Shown here piece by piece: positions 28,416 through 42,122 of a DNA stretch of 64,000 nt. Within the stretch, counting starts at the first letter, position 1. Every line of letters begins with the position of its first letter. Below the pieces are notes generated by a model. The model was not told where the DNA came from. It saw nothing but the letters and a program-made list of their open reading frames with translations, and ran no database searches. The position numbers and the translations under genes are program-made. Source of the DNA: Eledone cirrhosa (taxonomy: Eukaryota); contig OZ024740.1 in assembly GCA_964016885.1 (NCBI GenBank), forward strand, positions 325,500,001 to 325,564,000, in the 5' to 3' direction.

Positions 28416-28792
28416 GCAAACAAAGAAAGAAACTGAAAGAAGACCATAAGACAGACAGTCAAACGAAAATAAATTTATCTAACATTTTTTATTGCCAATA
28501 AAAATAAATGAAGAAAAATATGAAAGGAAAGCAATGTTTCAATTATGTTACTGTTTAACAAGAAAGTACAGTTAGTAGGACACCGGAAGTAATGGCCTTT
28601 AATATAGTTGTAACGTTTTGTGTTTAATATAGCGACTGATAGCTGTATACCATTTATTGAATTGGCTGAGAATAAGTTTTATTGATTCAGAATTTTATAT
28701 TTAATTGTATTATATATCTTACAAACAGGAAGAAACAAGAAAGGGAAATGTGGAAGGGGGTAAATGGAGAGAGTGTATTTATGTATGTATAT

Positions 28793-28849
<57 letters not shown>

Positions 28850-29184
28850 GACTGTCTCAAACAATTCGAATTGCTATTTGCCCTATTGCAGCTAAAACTT
28901 CGATTTATACATAATATTATATATATATGTGTTTATTATACATATGTGGGGGTAAAGTGGCTCAGTGTAGCTTTGGGTGGCAGAAAGATCCCTATACAAG
29001 CAGGCATCAAAAGCCGAAGCAGAAATAGTAAAGGCGTCTAAAGTAAAGACCATCCACCGAATTCGTAAAAAAGTCCCTCTCCACGTCTGCTATCAGGAAC
29101 TTGTCTTGAGGGCTCTCTGAAGAGAGGTGCATCTAGGGGCAAAGGACTAACCTCAAGTGGGCTGAGGTTCAAGAGAAATTCAAG

Positions 29185-29495
29185 CGCTTAGATGGGGAAG
29201 GCTTCTGGAGATGATGAAACTTGACCCGAGATGTTAATAGCCTTAAATAAAGAATGTATTCTTTGGCAGACTTGTGTATATGGGTGACTTGAATCTCTGG
29301 AAAGGCACCAAACAATGACAGTCGGGAGTGATAATCCCAATTTTCGAAAAGGGAGACAAGAGAGATTGTTAAATTACAGAGGAATCTCTTTGTTAAGCCT
29401 CCCCACTAAGATCTTAATAGCAAGCTCGTTATTTTCAATTCAGTGTTCACTTATGGTCATGAATCTTGGTTAATGACCGAAAAATACGATCACGG
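29185..29495 (+). mobile_element. Rex3/Expander-like RTE fragment, internally deleted
   Basis: SGVIIPIFEKGDKRDC*NYRGISLLSLP joined to FTYGHESWLMTEK. Confidence 0.75.
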
Positions 29496-30834
29496 AAGAA
29501 GAAGAAGAAGAAGAAGAGGAGGAGGAGGAGGAGGACGGGGGGAGGAGGGGGGGGGGGAGAAGAAGAAGAAGAAGAAGAAGAAGAAGAAGAAGAAGAAGAA
29601 GAAGAAGAAGAAGAAGAAGAAGAAGAAGAAGATAGTCTACCTCACACGAAGCTCTTTCCCCAGACGAGTTGCACTCGTCCTAATTTATAGAGGAAGACTG
29701 TGACAGTTCGGGGACAGAGGAAACTGGAGGTCTGATGAATCAATTGCCTGGTATTTAGTTCTCTTTATTGAATTGGATAAAATGGACGAAGGAAAGACGG
29801 AAGGCAGAATCGTGACATTAAACAGAATGAAAATAAGCCAATCGAATTGGTTCAGGCATTTTTAATTTCTATGATAGCTGTTCATTAAATGGTGTTTAGT
29901 CATCATTTTTGTCGTATGAGTAGGTCTAGCTGTGAGTGTGTGTATGTGTGTGTATGTGTGTGTGTGTGTGTGTGCGTGTGTGTGCGTGCGTGTCCGTGTG
30001 TATGTGTGTGCGTTTCCGTGTGTGTGAGTATGTCTGTGAGTATGTTTATGTGTGCGTATCCATGAGTGTGTGTATCTGTGTGAGTTTGACTATATGTGCA
30101 AGTCCGTGTGTGTGTGTATCTGTGTGTATGTGTGTATGTATGTATGTGTGTGTCTGTGTGTATCATGTGTATGTATGTGTAACCAATTATTGTGTCCCTA
30201 TGTATGTGTCCGTGTTTTTGCGTTCGTGTGTATATCAGTATCCACGTCCGTATATGTGTGTATGAGGTATAACCATGTGTATGAGTCTGTGTGTCTGTAT
30301 GTATAACCATGTGTATGAGTCTCTGTGTCTGTATGTATAACCATGTGTATGAGTCTGTGTGTCTGTAGTTATAACCATGTGTATGATGTGTGTGTCTGTG
30401 CATCGATGTTGGGGTGATTGCGGCATGTATTTGTATAAGTGTGGGTGGTGTATGTGTATGTATGTGTGTGGGGGTCTATGTCTGTATGTGTGTGAGACCA
30501 TGCGTAACCTAGTACGTGTATGTATCTCTGTGTGTAAGTATTTATCTCTGTGTGTATTTGTATTTGTGCAAGTATGAATATGTATATATTCTTTCAATGT
30601 GTCCATAAGGAGGAAAGTAAGTAGTGTTAATTGAAAACATAAATGAATGTTACTCGAGGTTACAGTAAAAAACATTGGCAATATGTCGTCTGATTCAATG
30701 TATAAGTACTATGTATAAGTACGTGTGTGAAGTCTGTGTATGTGTGTATGCGTCCATGTGTGTGTATGTCGGTGTCTATGTGAGAGTCTGTGTGTGTGTG
30801 TACGTGTGGACGTGCTTGTGTGTGTATGTTTATG

Positions 30835-31253
30835 CGTTATCCTCACTGTATAAACCAGACGTTGGGCAATATGGTTGCCTTCAGCAATGACCGTGTGTTT
30901 GTGCATATATGCGCATGTGTGTGTGTATATGCATGAGTGTGCATGTGTATGCGTGTATGTATGCATATGTAAGTGCGTATGGTGTGTCTGTGTTTATGTG
31001 CGTGTGTATGTGTATGTGTGTATGTGTCAATGTTTGTGTGTATAAACCAAACGTTGTCTAATATAACCGTCTCCTACAATGTCAGACAGATCTCACAACA
31101 GTTAGAAGGCTTCTTTTGCCTTTGTTTCTTGTTTTATTTACTCCTAACATCGAATATTAAACTGCCATTTAATGATATACCACGGACATCTTGGAGACTC
31201 GCATTAAAAAACATTCGTTCCAGATCTCTGGTCATGTAAATACACACATACAC

Positions 31254-31307
<54 letters not shown>

Positions 31308-31595
31308 ATGTGTGTGTGCATGTGTGGGGGGGGGGGGGTATTACTGTTGAAACATTGGACAATATGTCGTCCGCTGCAATGAAAGTGTATATGTATATTA
31401 TATGTAAATGACCAGAGATCATATATGTAAGTGTGTGTGTGTGCGCGTGTGTGTGTGTGCGTGTGTGCGAGTGTGTGTGCGTATGTATGTATATATATAT
31501 ATATATTACTGTCGAAAACATTGGACAATATGTCGTCCGCTGCAATGAAAGTGTATATGTACTTTATATGTAAATGACCAGAGATCATATATGCC
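30835..31595 (-). pseudogene. S6 and C-terminal-like remnants of channel relic A, locally duplicated
   Basis: YMISGHLHI(K/I)YIYTFIAADDILSNV twice; DLERMFF; DLSDIVGDGYIRQRLVYT and VIAEGNHIAQRLVYT (cf. DLPMVSGDRIHCLDIL). Confidence 0.35.
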
Positions 31596-31677
31596 AGTGT
31601 GCATATGTGCGATATGTGCGTATATGTGAATGTGTCTGTGTGTATGTCTGTATGTGCGTGCGTATGTGTGTATGTGT

Positions 31678-31750
<73 letters not shown>

Positions 31751-31964
31751 ATCGTGCGACGATGTATCCATTTCTCTCTTCACCTGTCATTCGCTGTACA
31801 TATCCCACTCGCTCTTCTTATCTGTCAGCTCTCTCTATCTCTCTCTCACACACACACTCTCTCTCTCCCTCTTTCTCTCCCCTTATCTCTTTCTATTTTC
31901 TATCTGTATATATATATATATAGGAAGAGTCGGAGTCCCGACTCTTTTCCTATTACCCACCCTA

Positions 31965-32008
<44 letters not shown>

Positions 32009-32094
32009 TTATCCCGGGTTCAATCGGGGGTAACCACAGTAAGTAAGGTGCTCAGTAGAAACCATTTAGAAGTCCTTAGAAGGCATTTCTATAT

Positions 32095-32135
<41 letters not shown>

Positions 32136-32138
<3 letters not shown>

Positions 32139-32554
32139 GTCTAAATTACGAGGGTAGAAGTACCACATTGGTTTTGATAAATTTAACCTGAAGCAAACGG
32201 AAGATATAGAATATATATACAGACCGTCTCAATAACTATTCATCTCTCGGGCGTGGGGTGTATTAAGGCTATTGTTTTAGCATATCCACTCACACCACTT
32301 CTAACGACCAGCGCACGAGGTGAGATATTCATTCGTGTGGCTTTTAGTTGTATGTGCTTGGTTCCATTTAATCTTGTGTCTCGCCGAGGATAGCCTACGG
32401 ATTATCTGTTACAAACACAATTTTCAGGGCGAAACAGATTAAATCTCTAATCTGTCCGAGAGATGAAATAGTTATTGAGACAGTCTGTATATATATTCTA
32501 TATCTTCCGTTTGCTTCAGGTTAAATTTATCAAACCAATGTAATTTTAGACACA
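32136..32554 (+). mobile_element. PLE remnant with inverted arm and complete HHR fold
   Basis: HHR 32379-32461: TCTCG-CCGAGGA-ta-GCC..GGC-GAAAC-AGATTA-aatctc-TAATCT-GTC-CGAGA. Inverted arms 32165-32250 / 32456-32541. Confidence 0.8.
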
Positions 32555-32676
32555 CAATTTACTGTGTTTATTTCTACATATATTATTATATAATTGTTTC
32601 TACTTTTGGCACAAGGCCAGCAATTACCCAGTGCATACTGGTACTTTATTTTATCGACCCCGTAAGGATGAAAGGC

Positions 32677-32876
32677 NNNNNNNNNNNNNNNNNNNNNNNN
32701 NNNNNNNNNNNNNNNNNNNNNNNNNNNNNNNNNNNNNNNNNNNNNNNNNNNNNNNNNNNNNNNNNNNNNNNNNNNNNNNNNNNNNNNNNNNNNNNNNNNN
32801 NNNNNNNNNNNNNNNNNNNNNNNNNNNNNNNNNNNNNNNNNNNNNNNNNNNNNNNNNNNNNNNNNNNNNNNNNNNN
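32677..32876. other. Assembly gap (200 N)
   Basis: Run of N that truncates a family A SINE (32591-32676, minus). Confidence 1.
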
Positions 32877-35740
32877 CCTCAACACACACCCTATCCACTC
32901 CCCTAAACACACACCCTATCCACTCCCTCAACACACACCCAATCCACACCCTCAACACACACCCTATCCACTCCCCTAAACACACACCCTACCACTCCCC
33001 TCAACACACACCCTACCACACCCCCTAAACCACACACCCTATCCACTCCCCACAACACACACCCAATCCACTCCCCCTAAACACACACCCTATCCACTCC
33101 CCTCACACACACCCTATCCACTCCCCTAAACACACACCCTATCCACTCCCCTCAACACACACCCTATCCACTCCCCTAAACACACACCCTATCCACTCCC
33201 CCAACACACACCCTACCACTCCCCTCAACACACACCCTATCCACTCCCCTAACACACACCCTATCCACTCCCCTCAACACACACCCTATCCACTCCCCTA
33301 AACACACACCCTATCCACTCCCCCTAAACACACACCCTATCCACTCCCCTCAACACACACCCTATCCACTCCCCTCAACACACACCCTATCCACTCCCCT
33401 CAAACACACCCTATCCACCCCCTCAACACACACCCTATCCACTCCCCTAAACACACACCCTACCACTCCCCTCAACACACACCCTATCCACTCCCCTCAA
33501 CACACACCCTATCCACTCCCCTCAACACACACCCTATCCACTCCCCTCAACACACACCCTATCCACTCCCCCAACACACACCCTATCCACTCCCCTCAAC
33601 ACACACCCTATCCACTCCCCTCAACACACACCCTATCCACTCCCCTCAACACACACCCTATCCACTCCCCTCAACACACCCTATCCACTCCCCTAAACAC
33701 ACACCCTATCCACTCCCCTCAACACACACCCTATCCACTCCCCTCAACACACACCCTATCCACCCCCAACACACACCCTATCCACTCCCCTCAACACACA
33801 CCCTATCCACTCCCCTAAACACACACCCTATCCCTCCCCCTCAACACACACCCTATCCACTCCCCTCAACACACACCCTATCCACTCCCCTCAACACACA
33901 CCCTATCCACTCCCCTAAACACACACCCTATCCACTCCCCTCAACACACACCCTATCCACTCCCCTCAACACACACCCTATCCACTCCCCTCAACACACA
34001 CCCTATCCACTCCCCTCAACACACACCCTATCCACTCCCCAACACACACCCTATCCACTCCCCTCAACACACACCCTATCCACTCCCCTCAACACACACC
34101 CTATCCACTCCCCTCAACACACACCCTATCCACTCCCCTCAACACACCCTATCCACTCCCCTAAACACACACCCTATCCACTCCCCTAAACACACACCCT
34201 ATCCACTCCCCTCAACACACACCCTATCCACTCCCCTCAACACACACCCTATCCACTCCCCTCAACACACACCCTATCCACTCCCCTCACACACACCCTA
34301 TCCACTCCCCTCAACACACACCCTATCCACTCCCTCACACACACCCTATCCACTCCCCTCAACACACACCCTATCCACTCCCCTCAACACACACCCTATC
34401 CACTCCCCTAAACACACACCCTATCCACTCCCCTCAACACACACCCTATCCACTCCCCTCAACACACACCCTATCCACTCCCCTCAACACACACCCTATC
34501 CACTCCCCTCAACACACACCCTATCCACTCCCCTCAACACACCCTATCCACTCCCCTAAACACACACCCTATCCACTCCCCTCAACACACACCCTATCCA
34601 CTCCCCTCAACACACACCCTATCCACTCCCCTCAACACACACCCTATCCACTCCCCTCAACACACACCCTATCCACTCCCCTCAACACACACCCTATCCA
34701 CTCCCCTCAACACACACCCTATCCACTCCCCTCAACACACACCCTATCCACTCCCCTCAACACACACCCTATCCACTCCCCTCAACACACACCCTATCCA
34801 CTCCCCTCAACACACCCTATCCACTCCCCTCAACACACACCCTATCCACTCCCCTCAACACACCCTATCCACTCCCCTCAACACACCCTATCCACTCCCC
34901 TAAACACACACCCTATCCACTCCCCTCAACACACACCCTATCCACTCCCCTCAACACACACCCTATCCACTCCCCTCAACACACACCCTATCCACTCCCC
35001 TCAACACACACCCTATCCACTCCCCTCAACACACACCCTATCCACTCCCCTCAACACACACCCTATCCACTCCCCTCAACACACACCCTATCCACTCCCC
35101 TCAACACACACCCTATCCACTCCCTCAACACACACCCTATCCACTCCCCTCAACACACACCCTATCCACTCCCCTCAACACACACCCTATCCACTCCCCT
35201 AAACACACACCCTATCCACTCCCCTCAACACACACCCTATCCACTCCCTCAACACACACCCTATCCACTCCCCTCAACACACACCCTATCCACTCCCCTC
35301 AACACACACCCTATCCACTCCCCTCAACACACACCCTATCCACTCCCCTCAACACACACCCTATCCACTCCCCTCAACACACACCCTATCCACTCCCCTC
35401 AACACACACCCTATCCACTCCCCTCAACACACACCCTATCCACTCCCCTCAACACACACCCTATCCACTCCCCTCAACACACACCCTATCCACTCCCCTC
35501 AACACACACCCTATCCACTCCCCTCAACACACACCCTATCCACTCCCCTAAACACACACCCTATCCACTCCCCTCAACACACACCCTATCCACTCCCCTC
35601 AACACACACCCTATCCACTCCCCTCAACACACACCCTATCCACTCCCCTCAACACACACCCATCCACTCCCCTCAACACACACCCTATCCACTCCCCTCA
35701 ACACACACCCTATCCTCCCCTCAACACACACCCATCACTC
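32877..35740. repeat. 25-bp minisatellite (CCCTATCCACTCCCCTCAACACACA)n, over 100 copies
   Basis: Highly homogeneous direct tandem array with no spacers. Confidence 0.97.
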
Positions 35741-36034
35741 ACCTAGCCAACCACCCACTCCCATCCCCTAATGGGAAAGAAGAACAAACAAAGAACAAAT
35801 TATTATATAACCCTCCTCCTCCTCCTCTCCCACTTCTACTACTAATACTGCTACTACTGCTGTTGCTGCTGTTGCTGCTCTACTACTACTACCACTACCA
35901 CCAAGAAGAAGAAGAAGAAGAAGAAGAAGAAGAAGAAGAAGAAGAAGAAGAAGAAGAAGAAGAAGAAGAAGAAAGAAAGGAAAAGTTGACAGATTTGAAC
36001 GCACAATAAATAATAATCGTTCTAACATATAAAG

Positions 36035-36123
36035 TTGTTTATATATATATGTTTATATATATACATGTTTATATATATATATATGTTTATATATATATAT
36101 GTTTATATATATATATATATGTT

Positions 36124-36154
<31 letters not shown>

Positions 36155-36189
36155 GTTTATATATATATGTTTATATATATATATATGTT

Positions 36190-36220
<31 letters not shown>

Positions 36221-36383
36221 GTTTATATATATATGTTTATATATATATATGTTTATATATATATATGTTTATATATATATATGTTTATATATATATATGT
36301 TTATATATATATATGTTTATATATATATATGTTTATATATATATATGTTTATATATATATATATGTTTATATATATATATGTT

Positions 36384-36414
<31 letters not shown>

Positions 36415-36602
36415 GTTTATATATATATGTTTATATATATATATGTTTATATATATATATGTTTATATATATATGTTTATATATATATATGTTTATATAT
36501 ATATATGTTTATATATATATATATATTTATATATAAATGTTTATATATATATATGTTTATATATATATGTTTATAAATATATGTTGTTTATATATATGTG
36601 TT

Positions 36603-36653
<51 letters not shown>

Positions 36654-36690
36654 TATATATATATGTTTATATATATAAGTTTATATATAT
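36035..36690. repeat. GTTT-punctuated (TA)n minisatellite
   Basis: atgtttatatatat(at)n units. Confidence 0.9.
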
Positions 36691-36863
36691 ATGCATTGGC
36701 TTCTGATTTAAGCACAAGGCCAAAAATTTGCCGGAGGGGCAAGTCGATTAAATCGGCCCCAGTGCATTACTGGTAGTTTATTTTATTGACCCCGTAAGAA
36801 TGAAAGGCAAAGCTAACCTTAGCGGGATTTGAATTCAGATAGTAAAGGGGTGTAATCCTATGC

Positions 36864-37081
36864 CAGGCATGTCAAACATGTGGCCCGCGGGTCGCATGTG
36901 GCCCTTTACAAGCACACCTGCTGCCCGCACAAAGTTTTTTTATAGCGCGTATGTTTTATCTTCGTAATATAAAATTTAAAAAATGAGTTGTAACGTGCGC
37001 AATTAGTTGTCGTGTGTCGCCCTCAGACAACACATATGTATCCCATGTGGCCCTCGGGGCACTCTCAGTTTGACATGCCTG
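36864..37081. mobile_element. hAT (Charlie-like) MITE, 218 bp, nested in a family A SINE (36700-37139, minus)
   Basis: TIR caggcatgtcaaac / gtttgacatgcctg; 8-bp TSD tcctatgc / ccctatgc; subterminal tgtggccc repeats. Confidence 0.9.
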
Positions 37082-37309
37082 CCCTATGCAATAGAGAATG
37101 CTTCCCGACGCTCTACCGATACTGCCAATCTACCACCCTAGTTTATATATATATTTAGACTGAAAGTTATACAATTAACCACAATAGAATCCAAATATAT
37201 TCGATTAAGAAAAAATACACATTACACATCTAATTATAATCAGTTTTTACTCATACTAACTTTTATACCAAACTACCTGATATCTCCGGTTCTATAATTC
37301 TGCTTGTTT

Positions 37310-38630
37310 TTAAGTAGTTATCTATCTAAAGCCATCCATTATAATTTTATGTAAACAGCTTTGTTGAGTTATTTTCCAAACCCAAGCTTGATCGAGAGAA
37401 AATTATTTGTATTACTAAACACTTGAAATTCTTGTTTATTTTCAAAATTATTTGAAAACCATAGGCAGTGTATTTTATAAGAAATATGGTTATGAAAAGG
37501 TTAAAGCTTTTATATTTATCTAAAAAACTTCCATCATAATTTCATGTAAGAATCTTTGTTAAGTTATATTTCAAACACTAGCTTAATAATGAGAAAGTTA
37601 GTTATGTTTAAAAAGCAAAGGCAGTGTTTTCCATTATAATTTTATGTAAGAAGCTTTAAGTTATTTTCCAACACCAGATAAATAATGAAAAAATAAGTTA
37701 TGTTTGAAAACCAAAGGCAGTGTCTTTAGAAATATGGCAATGAAAAGGTTGAATTTATCTAAAAACCTTCCTTCATAATTTTATGCAAGAATCTTTGTTA
37801 AATTATGTTTTAAATACCAGCTTAATAATGAGAAAGTTAGTTGTGTTTCTAAATCCTTACAAATACTCGATTATTTGAAAATTATAAACAGTGCCTTTCA
37901 TTAGAAATATGGTAATGAAAGGATTGAAGTGTTTATATTTATCAAAATAACCTTCTCTGATAATTTTATGTATGAACCTTGCTTAAGTTATGTTCCAAGC
38001 ATCAACTTGATAAAAGGAAAGCTAGTTATATTACTAAACAATCTATAGTATTGATTACATTTAAAATCATTTGAAAATGATAGGCAGTGTTTTTGATTTG
38101 GTAACAAAGGAGTTAAAGTGTTGGTAGTTATCTAAAAGCTCCTATCATAATTTTATGTAAGAACCTTTGCTAAATTATCTTCCAATCAGCAGATAAATAA
38201 TGAGATAGTCAGTTATATTTTACATTACTCAATCTAAAATTTTTGATTATTTTTTAAATTATTTGAAAATCATAGGCAGTACTTTTCACTAGAAATATGT
38301 TAACTAAAGAGTTAAAGAGTGTATATTTATCTAAAAACTTTCATCATCATTTTATTTAAGAACTTTTGTTATGTTATATTCCAAGCATCGCCTTAATAAT
38401 TTTTTCTAAAATTGACACAACAGCAAATTTGGGGAACTCAATGAACCAGAACAAGTACTGCTAAGCATTTGTCTATTGCTTTAAAGATTCTGCCAACCCA
38501 CCACTTTAACTCCACCTTAATAATCAGAAAGTTGGTTATATTACTAAATCGTTGAAAATTCTTGATTATTTTCAAAATTATTTGTAAATCCTAGACAGTG
38601 TCTTTCATTAGAAATATGGTAATGAAATAT
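37310..38630. repeat. Diverged tandem repeat, unit about 120-200 bp, roughly 7-8 copies
   Basis: Recurring tatctaaaaac..cataattttatgtaagaa..gaaatatggtaatgaaaagggtt. Confidence 0.8.
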
Positions 38631-38917
38631 CGCATAACATTTAAAAGTTTCAAAAGCTCTAAATGTCAGTAGTTAAAATAATGGCATAAAAAACGTGAAA
38701 ACCATCGTTTATATTCTTGAATTACCAATTTAGAATTCTTTAATCTGCGTGTGAATAGACTGGATTGTCAGGAAGTAATTTAGAACGATCAAAGAAATGT
38801 CTTTTCGGGGAATTGTCAGAACCAGCACTGAAGCAAAAGACAAACTCTGATAGAATTTGGATATTGATTATTCATTAATGATAACTTAAATCGTTGAATA
38901 TGGAGTTTGTCTGGGAG

Positions 38918-39108
<191 letters not shown>

Positions 39109-39170
39109 ATTATATTATATATATATATATATATATAATATTATATTATATTATATATATACATGTATAT

Positions 39171-39244
<74 letters not shown>

Positions 39245-39419
39245 GTTTTGATAATTATACTTAAAATAAGAATATAGTTATTATGTAACATTTTTATGAC
39301 CAGTAAATTGTTTTGTTTTTTTCTAATGGAAGATTATGTTAAATTTAAAATTGTAAAATCTATATAATTAAAACTTTATTTACACATTGAAGTTAAATAA
39401 AGTAATTTCCCACTTCATC

Positions 39420-40050
39420 ATAGCTGCCTGGTTAAAAAGTATGCTTTCTAATCGCAAGATACTATGTTCGATTCCACTGCGTAGTATCTTGGGTAAGTGT
39501 CATTTACCATAACTTCTGGTCAGTCAGAGTCCTGTGAGTGTAATTGGGTAGACGGAAACAGTTTGGAAGCCCATCGGCTGGACTGTACCTGTAATTCAAA
39601 CGGCCAGCCTTGGTCCTCACTTTGTTACGCTGAATCTTCCCGAGATATACTTTAAGAGTACACGTGTCTGTGGAATATTTAGCCTATTTGCATTACAGTA
39701 TAAGATGGCTTGTATCTGTAAATCAAAGGACCAACCTTGCTACGCAGTGTCACGCTGAATCTCCCTGAGAACTACGTTAAAAGTACACGTGTCTGTGGAA
39801 TGCTCAGCCAAATATATTATAGTATAACATGGCTTGTATCTGTAAATCAAAAGATTAACCTTGCTACACAGTGTCACGCTGAATCTCCCTGAGAACTACG
39901 TTAAGAGTACACGTGTCTGTGGAATGCTCAGCCAATTACATTACAGTATCTGTAAATCAATTGACCAGTCTTGCTACACACTGTGTCCCACCAAATTTAC
40001 CTGAGAACTACGTTAAGGGTACACGTGCTTGTGAAATGCTCAACTACATA
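39420..40050 (+). mobile_element. Family B-related SINE with internal about 123-bp tandem amplification
   Basis: ctgagaactacgttaa..gtacacgtgtctgtggaat block repeated about 4 times. Confidence 0.7.
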
Positions 40051-40329
40051 CACATTATTTTCCCATTGGCAGTATCGGTAGAGGGTCTGACGCCATGCTT
40101 TGTAGAAAAGAGTTATGGCTCTTTATGGTCTGAGTTCAAATCCCGCCGAGGTTAACTTTGCCTTTCATCCTTATGGAGTCGATAAAATAAAGCACCAGTA
40201 ATACACTGGGATTATTGCTGGCATTGTGACAAAAGTAGAAACAATTATTTTCACAAACAGTCTGTTTTGCTGTTCGAAAAACTATATCACAAATGATCAA
40301 AACCTATGGAGGTCATTTCAAATCATTTT

Positions 40330-40870
40330 ATCATATAAATGTAAATTCAAGTTTTGTCGAAAGAGTATCCGACTTTTTTTTTTTTTTTCGTTGGAGATAA
40401 TGATGTTAGGTCGACAAAAGTGTGTAGAACGGAACCGTATAAATTCATGCGCATGCGTGGTATTTGGCGGGCTCACTAGATGCGTCAGTCTCTATTAGAA
40501 ACTCAATGTGTGAGGCGCTCTATTATTTGCTCGCTACATTTTAATTTCGACTGATACTATCACAAATGATCCTGAGTTCCTGAATACCGTGATAACAGGA
40601 GATGGGTGTACTGGTACGACTCAGAAATCAAAGCTCAGTTATCACAATGGAAGGATCGCCGGACTAAATGCGTGGATGGATATGGAGCTTAGTTCGAAGG
40701 GGATTAGCAATCGAACCCCATCATTTATGTAACTTTTCCCTCTACCCTAAGATCGGATACTTTTCGACAGACGTCATATACTATGTAAATTCTCTTCTAG
40801 AAACCATCACATATAACGACTGTTTATCAAGTCTGGGCAGCTCAAAAAGATGTGAATTTAAATTATTGGA
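40330..40870 (+). mobile_element. Degenerate mariner transposon fragment
   Basis: NDPEFLNTVITGD..VYWYDSEIKAQLSQWK is the first catalytic Asp region of mariner transposases. Confidence 0.7.
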
Positions 40871-41244
40871 TATTAACCATGGACGAATGAAAGTCAAAGT
40901 TGACCTCGACGGGATTTGAAACGAGAACGTAAAGAGCCGGAAGAAATACCGCGAGGCATTTTGTCCGATGCTCTAACGATTCTGCAGCCAACGACAACAA
41001 AAAGAACGACATTTACAACAATAACATAACAACCAACTACAACAATACCAACACTAACAACAAAAACAATCACAAAAATAGCAAACAGTAGCAACAATAA
41101 CAACTGTAACAATAACAACAATAAAAACAACAGTAGTAACAATAACTACAACAAAAACAGCAATCATAACAATAACATCAAAAACAACAACAAAACCAAC
41201 TACAATTAGCAACAGTAACAACAACTACCACCGCCACCACCACA

Positions 41245-41600
41245 ACCACCACCAAAACCACAACCGACACCACTACCACAACCACCAAAACTACCACCAA
41301 AGCCGTCACTATCACCAAAACCACCACCAAAACCACAACCGACACCACTACCACAACCACCAAAACTACCACCAAAGCCGTCACTATCACCAAAACCACC
41401 AACAAAACCACAACCGACACCACTACCACAACCACCAAAACTACCACCAAAGCCGTCACTATCACCAAAACCACCAACAAAACCACAACCGACACCACTA
41501 CCACAACCACCAAAACTACCACCAAAGACGTCACCATCACCAAAACCACCACCAAAACCACAACCGACACCACCACCACAACCACCAACAAAACCGCCTC
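41245..41600. repeat. 75-bp tandem repeat within (ACC/ACA)n low-complexity sequence
   Basis: About 4.5 copies of accaccaaaaccacaaccgacaccactaccacaaccaccaaaactaccaccaaagccgtcactatcaccaaaacc. Confidence 0.85.
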
Positions 41601-41897
41601 CGACACCACCACCACAACAGTATCATCAACAAAAATAACAGCAACAAAAACTACAAATATACCAACAACAATAACAACATCCTTCTCCACCAACACACCA
41701 CACCACCACCACCACCACACCACCCCACACCACCACCATCACCACCCCACATCACCATCACCACAATAACAACAACAACAACAGCAACGACACGAACAAC
41801 AATACCAGTAACAACAACAACAGCAGCACCAGTAGCAATAACAACAACACCTGTAATAACAACGCCTGCAACAACAACAGCACCAATAACAACACGA

Positions 41898-41979
41898 GAA
41901 TGCAAAGATGTCGGCTACAGCTGCAATAAATATTGTAAACTGCATTAAAATGCACAGTGCAGCTTGATGTGCATTTAAT
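41898..41979 (-). pseudogene. S6-like exon remnant of channel relic A
   Basis: Acceptor ttcctgcag, then LNAHQAALCILMQFTIFIAAVADIFAF (cf. S6 end VNMYIAVILENF). Confidence 0.45.
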
Positions 41980-42091
41980 CTGCAGGAAATAATGATGACA
42001 TTGAGTAAACATTATCATCTCCACCATCACGATCATCATCATCATCATCATCATCAGCATCATCAACATCATCTATATAATGTAAAATGAA

Positions 42092-42122
<31 letters not shown>

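Noticed and set aside
29719-29740. HHR in the GAA-linked module (GAAAC..GTCTGATGA)
   Set aside because: The GUC triplet overlaps the CUGAUGA box, leaving no room for stem I.
32877-35740. CRISPR array or telomeric repeat
   Set aside because: No unique spacers, eukaryotic context, and the unit is not TTAGGG.
41178-41723. Mucin-like Thr-rich or poly-Val membrane protein
   Set aside because: 75-bp tandem repeat grown from ACC/ACA microsatellite; no start or splice context.
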